From Methanoregula sp. (GTDB taxonomy: Archaea; Halobacteriota; Methanomicrobia; Methanomicrobiales; Methanospirillaceae), in NCBI GenBank assembly GCA_039698055.1, contig JBDKTL010000049.1, forward strand, positions 1-43,928: a DNA stretch of 43,928 nucleotides, read 5' to 3'. Of the stretch, positions 28,518 to 37,351 are shown piece by piece. The notes beneath the pieces were generated by a model. The model worked only from the letters and a program-made list of their open reading frames with translations. It ran no database searches and was not told the origin of the DNA. Position 1 is the stretch's first letter. The number at the start of each line of letters is the position of its first letter. Position numbers and translations under genes: made by a program.

Positions 28518-29576
28518 TCAGCTGCCCCCTTTAAAAAATTCCGGCCAGAACGGGTCCTGTGCCGGCACGGCAAGCGGTATAGTTGTTCCATCCTGCCGGG
28601 TCATCAGTCTCTGGCCGGGGTTATCCGTAACGGTGCCGATGACCGAAGACTCAATGCCCGCATCGATGAGTGCGTCCATGATTGCAGGGGAGAATGCCGG
28701 ATCTGCGGTGATAAGCAGCGATCCCTCGGCAATTGCGGCAACCGGATCGATACCAAACTCCTCGCAGACCATCCGGACTTCGGGGGGGTAAACAAACCGG
28801 GATTCATCGATGTGCATTCCGACCCCGCTTGCATGGGCAATCTCAAAAAGCCCCCCGATTACGCCGCCTTCGGTCGCGTCATGCATTGCAGTCACGCCGC
28901 CGGCCTTTTTTGCGATCATGGCATCGCTGACCACGCTTATCTGGTGGCAGAGCGCTTGTGCTTTCCGGATGAGCGGTGCCGGGTATTTACCTTCCAGTTC
29001 CGCTTCACGGACGATCGCGAGTATTCCCGCAGTCTCGATCGCCGGCCCTTTTGTCAGGATCACATCATTTCCCGGGCGGGCACCTGCCGGCGTGACAACA
29101 GATGCCTTGTCTGCAATGGCAAAGACCGTCACCCCTCCAATCGTGGGAGCAGCAAATCCCGGGTAATAACCGGTATGCCCGCCGACAATGGCAATGCCGA
29201 GTTCACAGGCAGCCCGGTGGATTGCATCAACGATAATTTTGACATCATCATCGGGAGTCACTGGAGGGAGAAGAAGGGAATAGGTCATGTACTGCGGCCG
29301 GACTCCCATCACGGCAACATCGCTTGCCCCGATATGCACGGTGTACCAGCCGAACATCTCAAGAGGTTGTCCGAGTATGGCAAATATCGGGTCCTCGGCA
29401 ACCACGAGCACTCTCCCGTTCCCGAGATCAATCACCCCGGCATCGATACCGGTTGCGGGCGGGATGATAACCGAGGGGTCTTCTTTTCCCAGCCGGTGCA
29501 GCAGGAACTGCGTGAAGAGGCCGGTATCGATTTTACCAATCTTTGGTTCAGGTGCCGGTATGGTAATCCCTCGCAA
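28518..29576 (-). CDS. AIR synthase (PurM/HypE/ThiL-like) family protein
   Basis: GKID, GIDAGVI, AEDPI, ASDVAVMG, IVGGHTG, MHDATEGG, AEGSLL; no ATG at the expected start (TTG 29576 or ATA 29561). Confidence 0.8.
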   Translation of the reverse strand: MRGITIPAPEPKIGKIDTGLFTQFLLHRLGKEDPSVIIPPATGIDAGVIDLGNGRVLVVAEDPIFAILGQPLEMFGWYTVHIGASDVAVMGVRPQYMTYSLLLPPVTPDDDVKIIVDAIHRAACELGIAIVGGHTGYYPGFAAPTIGGVTVFAIADKASVVTPAGARPGNDVILTKGPAIETAGILAIVREAELEGKYPAPLIRKAQALCHQISVVSDAMIAKKAGGVTAMHDATEGGVIGGLFEIAHASGVGMHIDESRFVYPPEVRMVCEEFGIDPVAAIAEGSLLITADPAFSPAIMDALIDAGIESSVIGTVTDNPGQRLMTRQDGTTIPLAVPAQDPFWPEFFKGGS

Positions 29577-30132
29577 GTGCGCATATCTGGTTGGCAATTT
29601 CAAGCGGATCTTTTCCGACAATGACCGAAACGGGCTCTTTTCCGATCGCGCCGGTCTCATAAAATATCTTCGGGGCTTTTCCCCCCGCAGCCCGGATGGC
29701 CTCATGAACTTTCCACGGCATCGAGGCACCCTCTGTTGCTTTGATCTCCTCAGGTTCGTTTCTCCGGTCGATCACGCTGAAAATCCAGCCTTTTTCCCGG
29801 CAGTACTGTTCGAGCCATGCAGTGAGCCCGGGAGTATTTGCAAAATCAATACCGGCCCGGATAGACGGGTCAACTTTACGGATCTCGATAAGCAGCCGTG
29901 CCATGTGGCTGGATGCCCCAAACCGGGGTTTCCCGGATGCATGGGGCATGCCGTTTACAACCGTGATTCTCCCGTCGATAGCAAGTACATCTTCACGGGT
30001 CCTGGCATCTTTTTTTGCATACACAAGATTTGACCTGACTTCAGGGATCAGCGATGCGAATTCACGGCATTGTTCGATCTGTTCAAGGGCGCAATGGATC
30101 TTTCCCAGCATTTCAATTCGTTCGTTGTCCAT
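29548..30132 (-). CDS. Stand-alone ThiN-type thiamine-phosphate synthase domain protein
   Basis: LIPEVRSNLVYA, DVLAIDGRI, FGASSHMAR, DRRNEP, EGASMPW, GAIGKEP. Confidence 0.8.
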   Translation of the reverse strand: MDNERIEMLGKIHCALEQIEQCREFASLIPEVRSNLVYAKKDARTREDVLAIDGRITVVNGMPHASGKPRFGASSHMARLLIEIRKVDPSIRAGIDFANTPGLTAWLEQYCREKGWIFSVIDRRNEPEEIKATEGASMPWKVHEAIRAAGGKAPKIFYETGAIGKEPVSVIVGKDPLEIANQICALARDYHTGT

Positions 30133-30159
30133 GTATACACCTGGTGTCCATAACAATAA

Positions 30160-31068
30160 TCAGAGGGCAAGCATGCGTTCGATCGCGCCGCGTGCCCGGC
30201 TCGCGATCTCTTCCGGCACGGTAATACGCGGGTACAGGTTGATGAGAGCGTCGCGGACTTTTACAAGGTCCGTCTTTTTCATGTTCGGGCAGATCGCGTG
30301 TTCTGACAGGGGATAGAATTTCTTTTTGGGGCATTCCTTTTCCAGCCGGTGGAGGATCCCGTTCTCTGTGCCGATGATAAATTCCTGTTCCAGCGCCGTG
30401 CAGACGTGCCGGATGATCCCGGATGTACTTGCGACAAGGTCTGCCCGGTCAATGACTTCCGGCCGGCACTCGGGGTGGACAAGGAGCACCGCGTCCGGGT
30501 GGGCGCGTTGTGCAGTTGTAACATCGTTCGCCGTATAACCATCGTGCACATGGCAGTAGCCGTCCCATGGGATGATTGTTTTTTTCGTGAACCGTGCTGC
30601 GTACTGCCCGAGATTGCGGTCGGGCACAAAGAGGACCGTATCTGCCTTGACCGAGTTTACCACCTTTACCGCATTTGCCGAGGTGCAGCAGATGTCGCTC
30701 TCCGCTTTGACCTCGGCGGTGGTGTTGACATAACAGACGACCGCCGCACCGGGGTACCGGGATTTTGCAAATACCAGTTCGCCTGCGGTGATCATATCTG
30801 CCATCGGGCAGCCGGCATCTCCCGCCGGCAGCAGGACACACTTTTCCGGTGAAAGGACCGCAGCGGTTTCTGCCATGAAATTAACCCCGCAAAAGACGAT
30901 AACGTCGCCGTCCATCTGTGCCGCAGCACGGGACAGTTCAAGCGAATCGCCGGTGATATCGGCGATGTCCTGCACCTCGGGCCGCTGGTAATTGTGCGCG
31001 AGGATGATCGCGTTTTTCTCTTTCTTGAGACGGAGTATTTCCTGCTGTATCGGTGATGCTGCCTGCAC
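30160..31068 (-). CDS. nadA: Quinolinate synthase
   Basis: ILAHNYQ, GDSLELS, FCGVNFMAE, AGCPMA, YVNT, CTSAN, CHVH, HPEC, CPNMK. Confidence 0.95.
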   Translation of the reverse strand: MQAASPIQQEILRLKKEKNAIILAHNYQRPEVQDIADITGDSLELSRAAAQMDGDVIVFCGVNFMAETAAVLSPEKCVLLPAGDAGCPMADMITAGELVFAKSRYPGAAVVCYVNTTAEVKAESDICCTSANAVKVVNSVKADTVLFVPDRNLGQYAARFTKKTIIPWDGYCHVHDGYTANDVTTAQRAHPDAVLLVHPECRPEVIDRADLVASTSGIIRHVCTALEQEFIIGTENGILHRLEKECPKKKFYPLSEHAICPNMKKTDLVKVRDALINLYPRITVPEEIASRARGAIERMLAL

Positions 31069-31234
31069 GGGGCACACTCCCTGTATCGTATTGGTATGCA
31101 TGCCGGCATCAAAATAGCCGCTGGTCGTGCGGGTGGCTGTGATTGGGCACTTTTTGCCTGAAACCTTTGAATTGCTCCCGGTACGCATTTACCGGGATAT
31201 TTATGTCCGCCGCTTTCCTATCGTATATACGGTT

Positions 31235-31429
31235 ATGAAAATCATCCTGCCGGACCAGAGCACCCGCGTCATGCCTCAGTGTCCCGGAACTGTTGAAGCA
31301 CTCCTGCTTGCGCTCGGCATCAACCCCCTTGAAGTCATTGTATCCCGGAACGGTACCCTTGTGCCTGAACATACGGTCATTTTGGAAACTGACGAGATCC
31401 GTATCATCCGTATCGCGCACGGGGGATAA
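31235..31429 (+). CDS. ThiS/MoaD-like ubiquitin-fold sulfur carrier (TtuB/SAMP2-like)
   Basis: 64 aa, VSRNGTLV, ends IAHGG; abuts the thiouridylase gene. Confidence 0.85.
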   Translation: MKIILPDQSTRVMPQCPGTVEALLLALGINPLEVIVSRNGTLVPEHTVILETDEIRIIRIAHGG

Positions 31430-32368
31430 ATGCCGGTGCCTGACCCCTCACCCGCCGGTGTGCCGACCTGTGCATGCTGCGCGGAGCCGGCGGTCGTTTT
31501 CCAGCGGGCACCTGACCGGCATCTCTGCAAATCTCATTTCATCAGCGATATTGAAACCCGGGTTGCAGCGACCATTGAACAAAACCGGCAGATCCGTGCA
31601 GGCGACCGGATTGCCGTTGCGCTCAGCGGGGGAAAAGACAGCACCGCACTCCTTTGTATCCTCTCCCGGCTCATTCCTGCATGGCCCGGTGTCAGTCTTG
31701 TTGCGATCACGGTCGATGAAGGTATTGCAGGATACCGGCACGATACGATCCGTGCAGCAGAAACCCTGACAAAAAAGTTTGGCGTGGAGCACCGGATCGT
31801 TTCATTTGTCGATCTTATCGGCGACGATCTCGACACCATCCTTGTCGGGCGCGAGACGCAGGCATGTACGGTCTGTGGCATTCTTCGTAAAAAAGCGCTC
31901 ATGGATGCGGCAAAAGAGACCGGGGCTACAAAGATCGCGACCGGCCACAACCTTGACGATGAAGCGCAGTCGGTGCTGATGAACACGCTCCGGGGCGACC
32001 TGCCCCGTCTTGTCCGCGATCCCGGGAAAGATTCGGGCGGTTGTTTTCTCCCCCGGATCAAACCGCTGTCAGCTGTTAATGAAAAAGAGATTGCATCATA
32101 CCTGTTCGTGCAGGACCTTTTTATTGCCCTTCCCGAATGCCCCTACACCCGGTATGCCCTGCGGGCGGAAGTGCGGTCAATGCTCTCGACGCTTGAGTAC
32201 CGTTATCCCGGTACGATGCAGCATCTTATCGAGAGCAAAAAAAAGATCGAGCGGTACTGTGCCGGGGCACCGGTCATGGACGCATTGCGCCGCTGCCGTG
32301 AATGCGGCGATCCCTGCAGCGGGGAGATCTGCCAGGTCTGCCGGCTTCGGCACTCACTTTTAAAATGA
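31430..32368 (+). CDS. tRNA 2-thiouridylase (TtuA/NcsA/Ctu1 family)
   Basis: N-terminal CxxC...CxxH, PP-loop SGGKDS, VDEGI, CTVCG, TGHNLDDEAQ, ECPY, C-terminal CxxC...CxxC. Confidence 0.9.
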   Translation: MPVPDPSPAGVPTCACCAEPAVVFQRAPDRHLCKSHFISDIETRVAATIEQNRQIRAGDRIAVALSGGKDSTALLCILSRLIPAWPGVSLVAITVDEGIAGYRHDTIRAAETLTKKFGVEHRIVSFVDLIGDDLDTILVGRETQACTVCGILRKKALMDAAKETGATKIATGHNLDDEAQSVLMNTLRGDLPRLVRDPGKDSGGCFLPRIKPLSAVNEKEIASYLFVQDLFIALPECPYTRYALRAEVRSMLSTLEYRYPGTMQHLIESKKKIERYCAGAPVMDALRRCRECGDPCSGEICQVCRLRHSLLK

Positions 32369-33130
32369 CGGGGCGCCCTGCACATGTTCAGGGTGGGTAT
32401 AGACATTCATCTTTGTGCTCCGGACAAAACCGATCACGCATACGCCGGTCTTTTCTGCGATCCCGATGGCAAGCGTGGTAGTTGCCCCCCGCGAGACCAT
32501 GATGGGAATGTTTGCGATCAGGCACTTGCGCACCATCTCTGAGGAGATACGCCCGGAGCAGATGGCAAACGTTGTTGAAAAGTCGATCTTGTTTTTCAGA
32601 CCGTAGCCGATCACCCGGTCAAGTGCGTTGTGACGTCCGATATCTTCTGAACGGGCGATGATGCCGTCTGTCGATGCGAGCCCGACGATATGGATGCCGC
32701 CGGTCTTGTTGTGCAGCTCGGATTCAAGTACCTGTCTGACTGCCGCAATAATGCTGGAAGGGGCAATGGTGAAGTCGGATTTTATTTTCGGGAGTTTTTC
32801 CGTATCGATAAACGACGTGGAACCGCCGCATCCGGACAGGATAGTCTTTTTTGAGCCAAGCACTTTGAAGAGGTTTTTTGTAATCACGCTGACCCGGTTC
32901 TTCTCGATCCTGATCGATTCAATCTCATCGATCCCTTTGATGATCTGTTCGGTAAAGAGGTAGCCGGTGACAAAGTCTTCAAGCTGGACCGGGCTCATCA
33001 TCGCTGTCACTGCATGGCGTCCGTTGACAAAAATGGCGATCGGGATCTCTTCAATAACCTCATGGGTGCCAATGGAGCAGGTATCGCCGTCAATCTTGAT
33101 GCTGGGTACGTGTCGGAACATCTCTGTCAT
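32360..33130 (-). CDS. fdhD: Formate dehydrogenase accessory sulfurtransferase
   Basis: EEIPIAIFVNG, GYLFTE, SGCG, TGGIH, EDIGRHNALD, SGRISSEM. Confidence 0.92.
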   Translation of the reverse strand: MTEMFRHVPSIKIDGDTCSIGTHEVIEEIPIAIFVNGRHAVTAMMSPVQLEDFVTGYLFTEQIIKGIDEIESIRIEKNRVSVITKNLFKVLGSKKTILSGCGGSTSFIDTEKLPKIKSDFTIAPSSIIAAVRQVLESELHNKTGGIHIVGLASTDGIIARSEDIGRHNALDRVIGYGLKNKIDFSTTFAICSGRISSEMVRKCLIANIPIMVSRGATTTLAIGIAEKTGVCVIGFVRSTKMNVYTHPEHVQGAPSF

Positions 33131-33156
33131 AGGTAGTATCCTTATGGAATTTTTTT

Positions 33157-33978
33157 TCAGGATTGTATTTTTGGATCTTTTGCAAGCACTTCATCCATGC
33201 TGCCGCTGCGATAGCCTTCAAGATCGAGCGTCACATACGAAAACCCGATCGATTTAAACTTCCCGGTCACATCGCCCTGCATGTTCAGTAGTGTACTCAT
33301 ATCCTCTTTAGGTAATTCTATCCGTGCCATGGTCCCATGAATCCTGACCCTGACCTGGCAGAACCCCTTTATGCGCAGGAACGCCTCCGCCGCTTCGATC
33401 ATGTGCAGTTTTCCGGTGGTGATCTCATCGCCATACGGGAACCGGGACGAGAGGCAGGCAGCGGATGGTTTATCCCAGAATTTCAAGTCCAAATCATGTG
33501 CGATTGACCGGATATCATCTTTGGTCAGTCCTGCGTCAATGAAGGGATGGACAATGCCGGCTTTTGAGCTTGCGGCAAGTCCGGGCCGGTGTTCTCCCAT
33601 GTCCGATACGTTGACGCCATCGGCAATGCACGCAAATCCCAGTTCTTGTGCCCGCTTTTTGAGCACTGCTGCCGATTTTTCTTTGCACAAGGAGCAGCGC
33701 TCGGCCGGGTTCGCCCGGAACTTCTCGTCGTCCATGATGGGGACCGGAATAATATCAAGCAAAAGCCCGTAGTCCCGGGCTAATTCCTGTGCTTCTGCAA
33801 CTGCCGCACGCGGGACAACCGGGCTGTCGAGCAGGACGCACCGGCACTTGTCCTTGAGGGCCTCTTTAGCCAGTACCGCAAGAAGACTGCTGTCGACACC
33901 CCCGGAAAACGAGATGAGTATCGATCCTTTTTTGGTGATAGCTGCGATTAGCCGTTCACGTTTTTCTGAAATGTCCAT
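33157..33978 (-). CDS. larE: LarE-family ATP-dependent sulfur transferase
   Basis: SFSGGVDSS PP-loop, NPAERCSLCK, RPGL, KPSAACLSSRFPYG, VRVRIHG, DLEGYRSGSM. Confidence 0.85.
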   Translation of the reverse strand: MDISEKRERLIAAITKKGSILISFSGGVDSSLLAVLAKEALKDKCRCVLLDSPVVPRAAVAEAQELARDYGLLLDIIPVPIMDDEKFRANPAERCSLCKEKSAAVLKKRAQELGFACIADGVNVSDMGEHRPGLAASSKAGIVHPFIDAGLTKDDIRSIAHDLDLKFWDKPSAACLSSRFPYGDEITTGKLHMIEAAEAFLRIKGFCQVRVRIHGTMARIELPKEDMSTLLNMQGDVTGKFKSIGFSYVTLDLEGYRSGSMDEVLAKDPKIQS

Positions 33979-34034
33979 CCCTGCACGACCCCGGATATTC
34001 TCTTTTTGGCAATTAAAAAAATCCTGTCAGGTAT

Positions 34035-34367
34035 TTAGCTGCCGCACCGGTCCGGTGCCGCCACCCCGCACCCCCCCTCATCTCCGCGCAGCTGACGGCA
34101 GATGTCGCAGATGCGTTTGACAAGATCGATCTTTTTTTGGTCCTGTAAATCCCGGGCAAGCTGGCTTATGGAATTTTTTACATCCTGTTCAAATTCGATA
34201 CGGTATCCGCGTTTCCCGGAGAGGTACTGCGATACTGCCGAGGGTGCGATCTCCAGCATCCGCGCCGCCTCAACCTGGGATACTCCGCACTTCACGAGTT
34301 CCACCGCAATCGCTGCCCGGATTGCCGGCAGGACATCCCATACAATCTTCTGACACGGGGACTCCAT
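34035..34367 (-). CDS. Small archaeal HTH transcriptional regulator
   Basis: PCQ...VLPAIRAAIA...SQVEAARMLEIAPSAVSQYLSGKRG; C-terminal CDIC and two further Cys. Confidence 0.85.
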   Translation of the reverse strand: MESPCQKIVWDVLPAIRAAIAVELVKCGVSQVEAARMLEIAPSAVSQYLSGKRGYRIEFEQDVKNSISQLARDLQDQKKIDLVKRICDICRQLRGDEGGCGVAAPDRCGS

Positions 34368-34388
34368 CTCATCACAACCTTTAAGTTA

Positions 34389-34429
34389 TCACAATTGTGA
34401 CATAATACTGTGCATTCACAATTGTGAAT
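34389..34429. promoter_or_regulatory. Twin palindromic operator candidate TCACAATTGTGA
   Basis: Perfect 12-bp palindrome at 34389-34400 and perfect 16-bp ATTCACAATTGTGAAT at 34414-34429, in the divergent HTH/iscS intergenic region. Confidence 0.7.
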
Positions 34430-34606
34430 TTGGTGAAAGATCATAAAAGACCTTGCCTTCCCGGGGCCTGCACGCACAGGGTAACCTGCGATGCGGCAGT
34501 CAGGAAGGATATCATGTGAATCGTGCGGACGTGTCCGCTGTTTTTGCACCGGCAACAAAAGAATAATCAAAAGACCCGTAGACATAATCTGCAACAGGAG
34601 ATACGC

Positions 34607-35788
34607 ATGGGAGACAGGCATATCATCTACATGGATCACTCCGCAACGACCCCGGTAAAAAAGGAGGTCGTGGATGTGATGATCCCATATTTTACAACGC
34701 ACTTTGGCAATCCCTCCTCGATATACGGCATCGCACGCGAATCAAAAACCGCCATAGACACGGCACGGGCGCAGGTGGCACAATCTCTTGGCGCCGATCC
34801 GGATGAAATTTATTTCACCTCGGGGGGCAGCGAATCTGACAACTGGGCGATCAAGGGTGTCGCGTTTGCCAACCGGAAACGGGGGAACCATATCATCACC
34901 ACCAGCATCGAACACCATGCCGTGCTTCATACCTGCCAGTTCCTTGAAAAGGAAGGATTCGAGGTGACCTATCTCCCGGTTGACAAGTACGGCCTTGTCG
35001 ATCCTGCAGTTCTTGAGAACGCGATTACGGACAAGACCATTCTCATCTCGATCATGTATGCAAACAACGAGATAGGGACCATCGAACCGATCGCACAGCT
35101 CGGTGCGATTGCCCGCAAACATAACATATACTTCCACACAGACGCGGTGCAGGCAATCGGGAATGTGCAAATCAAGGTGAACGAGCAGAACATCGACCTG
35201 CTCTCGCTCTCCGCCCACAAGTTTTATGGCCCAAAAGGCGTTGGGGCGCTCTATATCAGAAAAGGCGTGCGGATCGTGAACCTGATCCACGGGGGCGGGC
35301 AGGAACGAAAACGGCGTGCGGGAACGGAAAATATTGCGGGTATTGTGGGCCTCGGAAAAGCGATCGAGCTTGCTACTGCCGATATCCCGGCGCATAACGC
35401 ACGGATTGAAGCGATGCGGGACCGGCTCATCAAAAATGTGCTTGAAAAAATCCCCCATACCCGGCTCAACGGTCACCCGACACTGCGACTGCCGGGGAAC
35501 TTCAATATCAGTTTTGAATTCATTGAAGGAGAGTCCATGCTTCTCTGGCTTGACGATGAAGGGATCTGTGCATCTACCGGCAGCGCCTGCACATCAGGTT
35601 CGCTTGAACCGTCGCACGTACTGCTTGCCACCGGTCTTCCCGTGGAAGTGTCGCATGGTTCCCTCCGGCTGACGCTTGGCGATGCAAATACCGACAAGGA
35701 TGTCGATTTTGTGCTTGAGACTCTCCCAAAGGTTGTATTCCGGCTCCGGGACATGTCCCCCCTGTACAAGAAAGCCACAAAGGACTGA
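34607..35788 (+). CDS. iscS: Cysteine desulfurase (IscS/NifS group I)
   Basis: YMDHSATTP, FGNPSS, TSGGSESDN, HTDAVQ, SAHKFYGPKG, STGSACTS. Confidence 0.95.
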   Translation: MGDRHIIYMDHSATTPVKKEVVDVMIPYFTTHFGNPSSIYGIARESKTAIDTARAQVAQSLGADPDEIYFTSGGSESDNWAIKGVAFANRKRGNHIITTSIEHHAVLHTCQFLEKEGFEVTYLPVDKYGLVDPAVLENAITDKTILISIMYANNEIGTIEPIAQLGAIARKHNIYFHTDAVQAIGNVQIKVNEQNIDLLSLSAHKFYGPKGVGALYIRKGVRIVNLIHGGGQERKRRAGTENIAGIVGLGKAIELATADIPAHNARIEAMRDRLIKNVLEKIPHTRLNGHPTLRLPGNFNISFEFIEGESMLLWLDDEGICASTGSACTSGSLEPSHVLLATGLPVEVSHGSLRLTLGDANTDKDVDFVLETLPKVVFRLRDMSPLYKKATKD

Positions 35789-35795
35789 TGATGCA

Positions 35796-36230
35796 ATGTA
35801 TAGCGAAACCGTGATGGACCATTTCAAAAACCCGCGCAATGTGGGCGAGATAGAGAACCCGGATGGTGTCGGCGAGGTCGGAAACCCGGTCTGCGGCGAT
35901 ATCATGAAGATCTTTTTAAAAATCGAGAATAATATCGTCACCGATGCAAAGTTCAAGACGTTCGGGTGCGGGGCGGCAATTGCTTCGAGTAGCATGGCAA
36001 CAGAACTGGTGCGGGGAAAGACCCTTGAAGATGCGTGGCAGCTCTCCAACAAGGCGGTTGCCGAGGCGCTTGATGGCCTGCCGCCGATTAAAATGCATTG
36101 CTCTATTCTGGCAGAAGAGGGCATCCACAAGGCAATCAACGATTATCGCGTAAAGCACGGAATGGAGCCGTGGCAGGAAACAACTTCACATGCACACGAT
36201 GACGGTGAAGATAGTGAATGCCAGCACTAG
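35796..36230 (+). CDS. iscU: Fe-S cluster scaffold (IscU / NifU N-terminal type)
   Basis: DHFKNPRNVG, GNPVCGD, FKTFGCGAAIASSS, LPPIKMHCS. Confidence 0.93.
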   Translation: MYSETVMDHFKNPRNVGEIENPDGVGEVGNPVCGDIMKIFLKIENNIVTDAKFKTFGCGAAIASSSMATELVRGKTLEDAWQLSNKAVAEALDGLPPIKMHCSILAEEGIHKAINDYRVKHGMEPWQETTSHAHDDGEDSECQH

Positions 36231-36278
36231 CCGGTATCTTATAATGATCTGATCCGGCTCTAACGCACAGGTGAGTGA

Positions 36279-37031
36279 ATGTTTTTGGAACGTGAACGGG
36301 AACGGTACAAACGGCAGATGATGCTCTTTGGCGACGAAGGGCAGGAACGTCTTAAAAAGGCACATATCTTTATTGCCGGGGCCGGGGGTCTTGGCTCGCC
36401 CATCTCGATCTATCTTGCTGTAGCAGGGACCGGGACAATTACCCTTGTTGACAAGGATACCGTGGACCAGTCAAACCTCAACCGGCAGATCCTGCACAAT
36501 GACCGGGATATCGGCAGGAAAAAGACGGTATCGGCAGAGGAAAAACTGCGGGCTATCAACCCGGACATCAAGGTCAACGCGATCGATACCACGATAGAAT
36601 CTTCAAACGCAGCAAAACTTGTCGGCACCGCAGACGGGATTGTCGATGCAATGGATAATTATCCCACCCGGTACCTGCTCAACGATATAGCGCTTGCAAA
36701 AAATATCCCCCTCTTCCACGGCGCAATCCGGGGGTTTTACGGTCAGGCGACGACGATCATTCCCGGGAAAACCGCGTGCCTCCGCTGTATCTTCCCAAAT
36801 CCCCCGCCACAGGAGGTATTTCCCGTGGTGGGGGTTACCCCGGGAGTCATCGGGACGATCCAGGCTACCGAGGTACTGAAGTACGTGCTGGGGAACGGCG
36901 AACTCCTTGCAAACCGGCTCCTGATCTGGGATGGGATGCAGGCACATGCAGAAGAGATTGCGGTTGTGAGAAATCCTGCGTGTGTATCGTGCGGCAGGAA
37001 GAACACAACAAATCCGGCAGGAACAGACTAA
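36279..37031 (+). CDS. HesA/MoeB/ThiF (UbaA-like) adenylyltransferase
   Basis: RYKRQ, GAGGLGS, SNLNRQ, CLRC and CVSC Zn ligands. Confidence 0.9.
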   Translation: MFLERERERYKRQMMLFGDEGQERLKKAHIFIAGAGGLGSPISIYLAVAGTGTITLVDKDTVDQSNLNRQILHNDRDIGRKKTVSAEEKLRAINPDIKVNAIDTTIESSNAAKLVGTADGIVDAMDNYPTRYLLNDIALAKNIPLFHGAIRGFYGQATTIIPGKTACLRCIFPNPPPQEVFPVVGVTPGVIGTIQATEVLKYVLGNGELLANRLLIWDGMQAHAEEIAVVRNPACVSCGRKNTTNPAGTD

Positions 37032-37051
37032 GAAACAACGGGGAAGAAGAA

Positions 37052-37330
37052 ATGACGGTGAAGGTTCGGTTTTTTGCACGGTTCCGGGAATTGTTTGGAA
37101 CAGATATTGTTACTGATGTCCCAGACGGCAGCAGTTTTATCGATCTCGTCAGGCGCATTGCTGAAAAGAACACTGATGGTTATGCTGCAATTTTTGACGA
37201 GAATGGGTCTTTTCGGGAGTTTGTGATCCTGATGAAGAACGGCATGCGCATCGATTGTGCGGATGCGGCAGCAACTCCCGTTGCCGATGGCGATGAGATT
37301 GCCGTGTTTCCTCCTGTTGCGGGTGGCTGA
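37052..37330 (+). CDS. moaD: MoaD/SAMP1-like sulfur carrier
   Basis: VKVRFFARFRE...DGDEIAVFPPVAGG. Confidence 0.88.
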   Translation: MTVKVRFFARFRELFGTDIVTDVPDGSSFIDLVRRIAEKNTDGYAAIFDENGSFREFVILMKNGMRIDCADAAATPVADGDEIAVFPPVAGG

Positions 37331-37351
37331 AATGACGGGGATGCGGGGATC

